Source: Pseudomonadales bacterium
Lineage (GTDB): Bacteria; Pseudomonadota; Gammaproteobacteria; Pseudomonadales; CAWVSB01
NCBI GenBank assembly: GCA_036960375.1
Contig: JBALVY010000011.1
Span: 69,290 to 133,289, forward strand
Length of the DNA stretch: 64,000 nucleotides
Direction: 5' to 3'
A model generated the notes under the pieces. It saw nothing but the letters and a program-made list of their open reading frames with translations, was not told where the DNA came from and ran no database searches. The translations under genes were made by a program, and so were the position numbers. This document shows, one piece after another, positions 59,691 through 64,000 of this stretch (positions within the stretch are counted from its first letter, which is position 1; each line of letters begins with the position of its first letter).

Positions 59691-60038
59691 CTATGCGTTC
59701 TTTTCTGCGCACAGAATACAAAACTGTGCTTCGGGTTTTATCATTAGCCGCGCAAAACCAATATCGTTGCCGCAATCTTCACACCAGCCATAATCGTCCG
59801 TCGCCATGCGCAGCAGGGCTTCATTAATTTCCTGCAAATGTTTAGTCGCCTGTCTGAGGCTTGCCTGTGCCATTTGCTGTTGCTGAATGGCATCTATGCG
59901 CGATACACGCCCAACACTTTGCTGGTCAAGAATAACCGGCTCACTAGCGTCGGTCAGGCCTTGCAGTTGCGCCTTAAGCTCGAGGGCCACATCTTTTAAT
60001 TCAGTTTGCAGGCGGGACAATTGGTCCTGGTCAAGCAT
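59691..60038 (-). CDS. TraR/DksA C4 zinc-finger protein
   Basis: GRVSRIDAIQQQQMA, YGWCEDCG..I...RL...P....CILC. Confidence 0.88.
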   Translation of the reverse strand: MLDQDQLSRLQTELKDVALELKAQLQGLTDASEPVILDQQSVGRVSRIDAIQQQQMAQASLRQATKHLQEINEALLRMATDDYGWCEDCGNDIGFARLMIKPEAQFCILCAEKNA

Positions 60039-60735
60039 CGTTTTGCGCCAAAACTTCGCGTATCAGAGGAATAGTCAATTTGCGTTTTAAATCCAGCGTG
60101 GTTTGGTCCAATAATTCCAAACACACCATTAAGGAGCGCATATCGCGTCGCTGCCGGCTGAGGATATACTGCGCAAGCTCATCGTTAAGATTCATACCCC
60201 TAACGCTGGCTCGCATCTGTAAGGCCTTGATACAGTCATCGTCCGAGGGGCTTTTTAGTGTCAAAACCAACATTTGATTCAGGCGGGATAAAAGATCCGG
60301 TAGTTGAACAGCGAGCCCGGAGGGTGCCTGCCTTGAGGCCACCAGTAAACGGTTACCAGAGGACAACATACGGTTATAGAGGTTGAATAACTGCAGTTCC
60401 CATTCGTCGTTTGCCAATACGCTATCTATTTCATCCAGACAGACAATATTGGTATGTTCGAGCCCGTCCAATACCGCGGCTGGATCGTAATCGCTCATTT
60501 CGCCAAGCGGCAAATACAAGGCAGTACGGCCTGCAATACTTGCGGCATGACAAACCGCCTGAAGTAGGTGACTTTTACCGCTACTCTGCGGACCGGCGAT
60601 AAAGACGGCCAGTTCTGCCGCTGAATTAACGATTTCAGATAGGGTTTGAAATGCCAGGGCGTTAGCTTGCCCTGGGAAATAGTTAGCAAAAGTCAGTTCA
60701 TCGTTAAGGCGCATGGCCAGCGCAAGTTGCTGCAT
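60031..60735 (-). CDS. hda: DnaA regulatory inactivator Hda
   Basis: MQQLAL clamp-binding motif, GPQSSGKSHLL, LFNLYN, LPDLLSRL, RKLTIPL. Confidence 0.93.
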   Translation of the reverse strand: MQQLALAMRLNDELTFANYFPGQANALAFQTLSEIVNSAAELAVFIAGPQSSGKSHLLQAVCHAASIAGRTALYLPLGEMSDYDPAAVLDGLEHTNIVCLDEIDSVLANDEWELQLFNLYNRMLSSGNRLLVASRQAPSGLAVQLPDLLSRLNQMLVLTLKSPSDDDCIKALQMRASVRGMNLNDELAQYILSRQRRDMRSLMVCLELLDQTTLDLKRKLTIPLIREVLAQNDA

Positions 60736-60736
60736 G

Positions 60737-61894
60737 TTAGCTGCCTGGCAACCACTGATAAAGGCGCCCGGTGGGTTCCGGTAAAACACCCGTATCTTGG
60801 TATTGCAGCTGTTTATTGAGGGCCATCAGCTCATATAATTGTGCCGATTCACCATCCAACACCAGCTCTAAGTGAACCGTACTTCCATCAAAACCGTTAA
60901 CAATTACCTCGCGAACGGCAATCAGGTTTTGTAGATACAGCAATAAACTACCGTATGATTCAAAATCCGCCAGACCCGCTACATCAATGCTAAGTCTGTT
61001 AGCCGCCCCCTCATTTGATACAACCCCATAACGAGCTGATAACAGGTCTGCCACTGCTTCTACTGGCGGCTGCATACAGTCTGCCAGCAGCTCACATTCG
61101 AATTCCCAGAACGCCGGGTCAGCAGAGAGGTAATCCCAATTACTGCGCCATTTACCGTCGCTGGTACCCAGCATTTTACCGACTAAAACGCCGCTAGCTG
61201 CATATCGAACAGACGCCTCGGCGATTTTATCCTGCTCTGTCAGCCACAGACTGTCCAAACTCAGTGCCGCGCGATCTTCAAGATCGTATAGTGGAAAGAT
61301 TAATGGCAATGCTCGCTCATCAGCTGATTGCTGTATCAGCTGTATCATGTCTTGATCCTCTTCAGCGGGCACTCTACGGCCGGCAGGATCATCTATGACT
61401 ATCCACACCAGTGTGACCGGTCGATTATCACTCCAGCGAGATGCGCCACTACTGCGCAGCACATCATCAACCAGCGACTGACGAAATGATACTTGAAGCA
61501 AAAAAGGCAGGTTTGGTGCTGGATCGGCAACTACTGGTTCGACGTCAACATCTGGCTCTACAATTTCTTCAACATCCAGGATTTCAGCCGTCTGTGGCAG
61601 AATATCGTTATCTGGTATGAAATCAGGGTTATCGATATAGCTGTAAGTGCTCAAATATCGATCAGCTCGTCGCAAAGTAGCCTGGATTTCCGGCAAATCT
61701 GTTAACGCCCGGCTACCCGAAACCTTAATAAAAACCTGTTCTAAGGCCTGCCCTAATGCCTTGTTACGATCTTGGGCATCGTGGCTATTTACCGCAACAC
61801 TAGTGGAATAGAGGTTCTTCACCACCACGGCATGGCTATTCATAACAAATAGACACAGTAGAACCGCTAGCAAGCCTCTTATTTTATCTCTCAT
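60737..61894 (-). CDS. DUF2066 family exported protein
   Basis: Signal peptide, LY...V.V, KVSGS, RGLP-like ERALPLIFPLYDLED; conserved position divergent from purM. Confidence 0.82.
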   Translation of the reverse strand: MRDKIRGLLAVLLCLFVMNSHAVVVKNLYSTSVAVNSHDAQDRNKALGQALEQVFIKVSGSRALTDLPEIQATLRRADRYLSTYSYIDNPDFIPDNDILPQTAEILDVEEIVEPDVDVEPVVADPAPNLPFLLQVSFRQSLVDDVLRSSGASRWSDNRPVTLVWIVIDDPAGRRVPAEEDQDMIQLIQQSADERALPLIFPLYDLEDRAALSLDSLWLTEQDKIAEASVRYAASGVLVGKMLGTSDGKWRSNWDYLSADPAFWEFECELLADCMQPPVEAVADLLSARYGVVSNEGAANRLSIDVAGLADFESYGSLLLYLQNLIAVREVIVNGFDGSTVHLELVLDGESAQLYELMALNKQLQYQDTGVLPEPTGRLYQWLPGS

Positions 61895-62068
61895 AGAACG
61901 TCTATCACCCAATATTACGATGGCCAGCATTCTAGCATGACAAGTCCATGTTTATAATCGGTAGCTTATGGTGTATCAATAGCTGCCCTGCTAAAATGCG
62001 CGCTTTACTGAATTCAGCCAGCCTTTCAATAACGACAATGTCGTATTGAATCACATGAGAACCCCTAC

Positions 62069-63115
62069 ATGAACAAACCTGACCAGCCATCGCTTAGTTA
62101 CAAAGATGCGGGAGTAGATATTGATGCGGGCAACCAGCTTGTCGATCGTATCAAATCCGTTGCCAAGCGCACCACCCGACCTGAAGTACTGGGCAATCTG
62201 GGTGGTTTTGGTGCTCTCTGTGAAATTCCCGCAGGCTATAAAGAACCGGTTCTGGTGTCTGGCACAGACGGTGTAGGCACTAAACTGCGTCTGGCCATGG
62301 AGCTGGGCATTCATGACACTATCGGTATCGACCTGGTCGCGATGTGCGCCAATGACCTCATTGTCGCAGGCGCCGAGCCGCTGTTTTTCCTCGACTACTA
62401 CGCCACCGGTAAACTCGATATCGACACGGCTGCTGCAGTAGTCAGCGGTATTGGCGATGGCTGTATATTGGCGGGCTGTTCATTAATAGGTGGTGAAACC
62501 GCCGAAATGCCCGGTATGTATGAAGGCGAAGATTACGACTTGGCCGGTTTTTGTGTAGGCATAGTCGAAAAGAGCAAGATCATCGATGGCAGCAAGGTAA
62601 CCACCGGTGATGTACTTATTGGTTTAGGCGCCAGCGGCCCCCATTCTAATGGCTACTCACTTGTTCGTAAGGTTTTGGAAGTCAGTGGTGCAGACCTGCA
62701 ACAAGCACTGGGCGACACGACACTGGCAAAGGCACTGCTCACACCTACGCGGATCTACGTTAAATCAATACTTGAGCTGGCTAAAAGTGTCGAACTCAAG
62801 GCTCTGGCGCATATCACCGGCGGCGGCTTACCTGAAAACCTACCCCGGGTTCTGCCTGAAGGAGCTAAAGCCATAATTGACGGTACTAGCTGGCAGCGGC
62901 CTGCAGTATTTGACTGGCTGCAGCAGCAAGGCAATATTGCCGACAGTGAAATGTTGCGCACCTTTAACTGCGGCGTAGGCATGGTGTTATGTATCGCCCG
63001 CGAAGACCTCGAGCAAACCTTACAGATACTGGCAGACTGCGGTGAAGATGCCTGGTTGTTAGGTGAAATTGCGGCCGCCGAAGCTGGCTCAGAGGCGGTG
63101 GAAATTACTGCATGA
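62069..63115 (+). CDS. purM: Phosphoribosylformylglycinamidine cyclo-ligase
   Basis: [44 protein letters not shown]. Confidence 0.97.
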   Translation: MNKPDQPSLSYKDAGVDIDAGNQLVDRIKSVAKRTTRPEVLGNLGGFGALCEIPAGYKEPVLVSGTDGVGTKLRLAMELGIHDTIGIDLVAMCANDLIVAGAEPLFFLDYYATGKLDIDTAAAVVSGIGDGCILAGCSLIGGETAEMPGMYEGEDYDLAGFCVGIVEKSKIIDGSKVTTGDVLIGLGASGPHSNGYSLVRKVLEVSGADLQQALGDTTLAKALLTPTRIYVKSILELAKSVELKALAHITGGGLPENLPRVLPEGAKAIIDGTSWQRPAVFDWLQQQGNIADSEMLRTFNCGVGMVLCIAREDLEQTLQILADCGEDAWLLGEIAAAEAGSEAVEITA

Positions 63116-63786
63116 ACCCACCGCTACGCATTGTTGTGCTGATTTCCGGAAGCGGCAGTAATCTGCAGTCTTTAATTGACGACGCAAAATTACCTGGCAG
63201 TCTTTACGATATTGTTGCGGTTTTAAGTAACAAGCCTGAGGCCTACGGACTGGAACGAGCCGCCAAGGCCCATATCGACCAGATCTGCATCAAACATCAG
63301 GATTTCCCCGACCGAGAATCTTTTGATAGCGCACTAGTCCATGCTTTGGAGGGCTATCAGCCTGATTTAGTCATTCTGGCAGGTTTTATGCGTATTTTAA
63401 CCGCAAGTTTTGTCAGTCGATTCAAGGGTAAGCTGCTGAATATTCACCCCTCCCTGCTACCAAAGTATCCTGGCTTGCATACCCACCAACGGGCCATTGA
63501 TGCAGGTGACAGTGAAGCCGGCTGTACGGTCCATTTTGTTACCGAAGATCTGGACGGTGGGCCACCCATCTTGCAGGCAAAAGTCCCTGTATTAGCCAAT
63601 GATAGCCCTGACCTGCTGGCTACGCGCGTATTAGCCAAAGAACACCTCGTATATCCCTTGGTGGCACGCTGGTTTGCGCGCACACGGGTAGAGTTGCAGG
63701 GCGACAATGCACTTATTGACCAACAGCCCATAGCTGAAAGCGGGCTGATCTATGATCAACTTGCACCCGATTTGTTAAACGTCTAA
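63112..63786 (+). CDS. purN: Phosphoribosylglycinamide formyltransferase
   Basis: [38 protein letters not shown]. Confidence 0.97.
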   Translation: MNPPLRIVVLISGSGSNLQSLIDDAKLPGSLYDIVAVLSNKPEAYGLERAAKAHIDQICIKHQDFPDRESFDSALVHALEGYQPDLVILAGFMRILTASFVSRFKGKLLNIHPSLLPKYPGLHTHQRAIDAGDSEAGCTVHFVTEDLDGGPPILQAKVPVLANDSPDLLATRVLAKEHLVYPLVARWFARTRVELQGDNALIDQQPIAESGLIYDQLAPDLLNV

Positions 63787-63807
63787 CTCCCCTAAGAGGC
63801 CTTAGTC

Positions 63808-64000
63808 ATGAGAGTTATTGGTGTTGTAGGTTGGAAAAACAGTGGTAAAACGACTCTTTTGTGCGCTCTGGTGAAGGAGCTAAACTCACGTGGGTTGAGT
63901 GTTTCTACCATCAAACACACCCACCACGACATAGAGATAGACCAACCGGGTAAAGATAGCTATCAACACCGCAACGCGGGTGCGCAAGAAGTGATTCTAG
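63808..64000 (+). CDS. mobB: Molybdopterin-guanine dinucleotide biosynthesis protein B, 5' part, truncated by window end
   Basis: Not in ORF track. Reads MRVIGVVGWKNSGKTTL...STIKHTHHDIEIDQPGKDSYQHRNAGA. Confidence 0.92.
   Translation, partial: MRVIGVVGWKNSGKTTLLCALVKELNSRGLSVSTIKHTHHDIEIDQPGKDSYQHRNAGAQEVIL

Overview
Chromosomal window from a mid-GC gammaproteobacterium; the gene order nfuA-metH-DUF2970-cysI-DUF934, wrbA-arsC-yihY and hda-DUF2066-purM-purN, together with F420-type luciferase-like enzymes, suggests a marine Cellvibrionales-like lineage (inference). Most of the window is housekeeping: cobB (partial), ptpA, rsuA, an RsmC-like methyltransferase, ilvD, an AddAB-type helicase-nuclease pair, DAHP synthase, aldehyde dehydrogenase, nfuA, metH, cysI, pyk, a three-gene pntAAB, dgkA, glpE, sppA, wrbA, arsC, a quinohemoprotein alcohol dehydrogenase, hda, purMN and mobB (partial). 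The most striking structure is a ~13.5 kb accessory block (about 4312-17859). It lies between the 3' end of an APH-family phosphotransferase gene and a second, orphan, diverged copy of that same 3' end (36 codons, 83% nt identity, mostly synonymous changes), and I found no integrase or transposase in it. The block carries a putative thiol/redox-stress module: a NemR-like TetR with three operators, one inside a near-consensus sigma70 promoter, plus DUF1348, GST, a PNPOx-FNR-ferredoxin fusion, DUF1330, two reductases, LysR and an RclR-like AraC. It also holds a MlaA paralog with no lipobox, a decayed GH16 fragment and a ProXWV-type osmoprotectant transporter. Other small features missed by the ORF track are a 39-aa membrane ORF with its own terminator, an MFS C-terminal relic, a TPR C-terminal relic and a structured GC-rich intergenic element near 56.05 kb. 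I saw no rRNA, tRNA, CRISPR array or intact IS.
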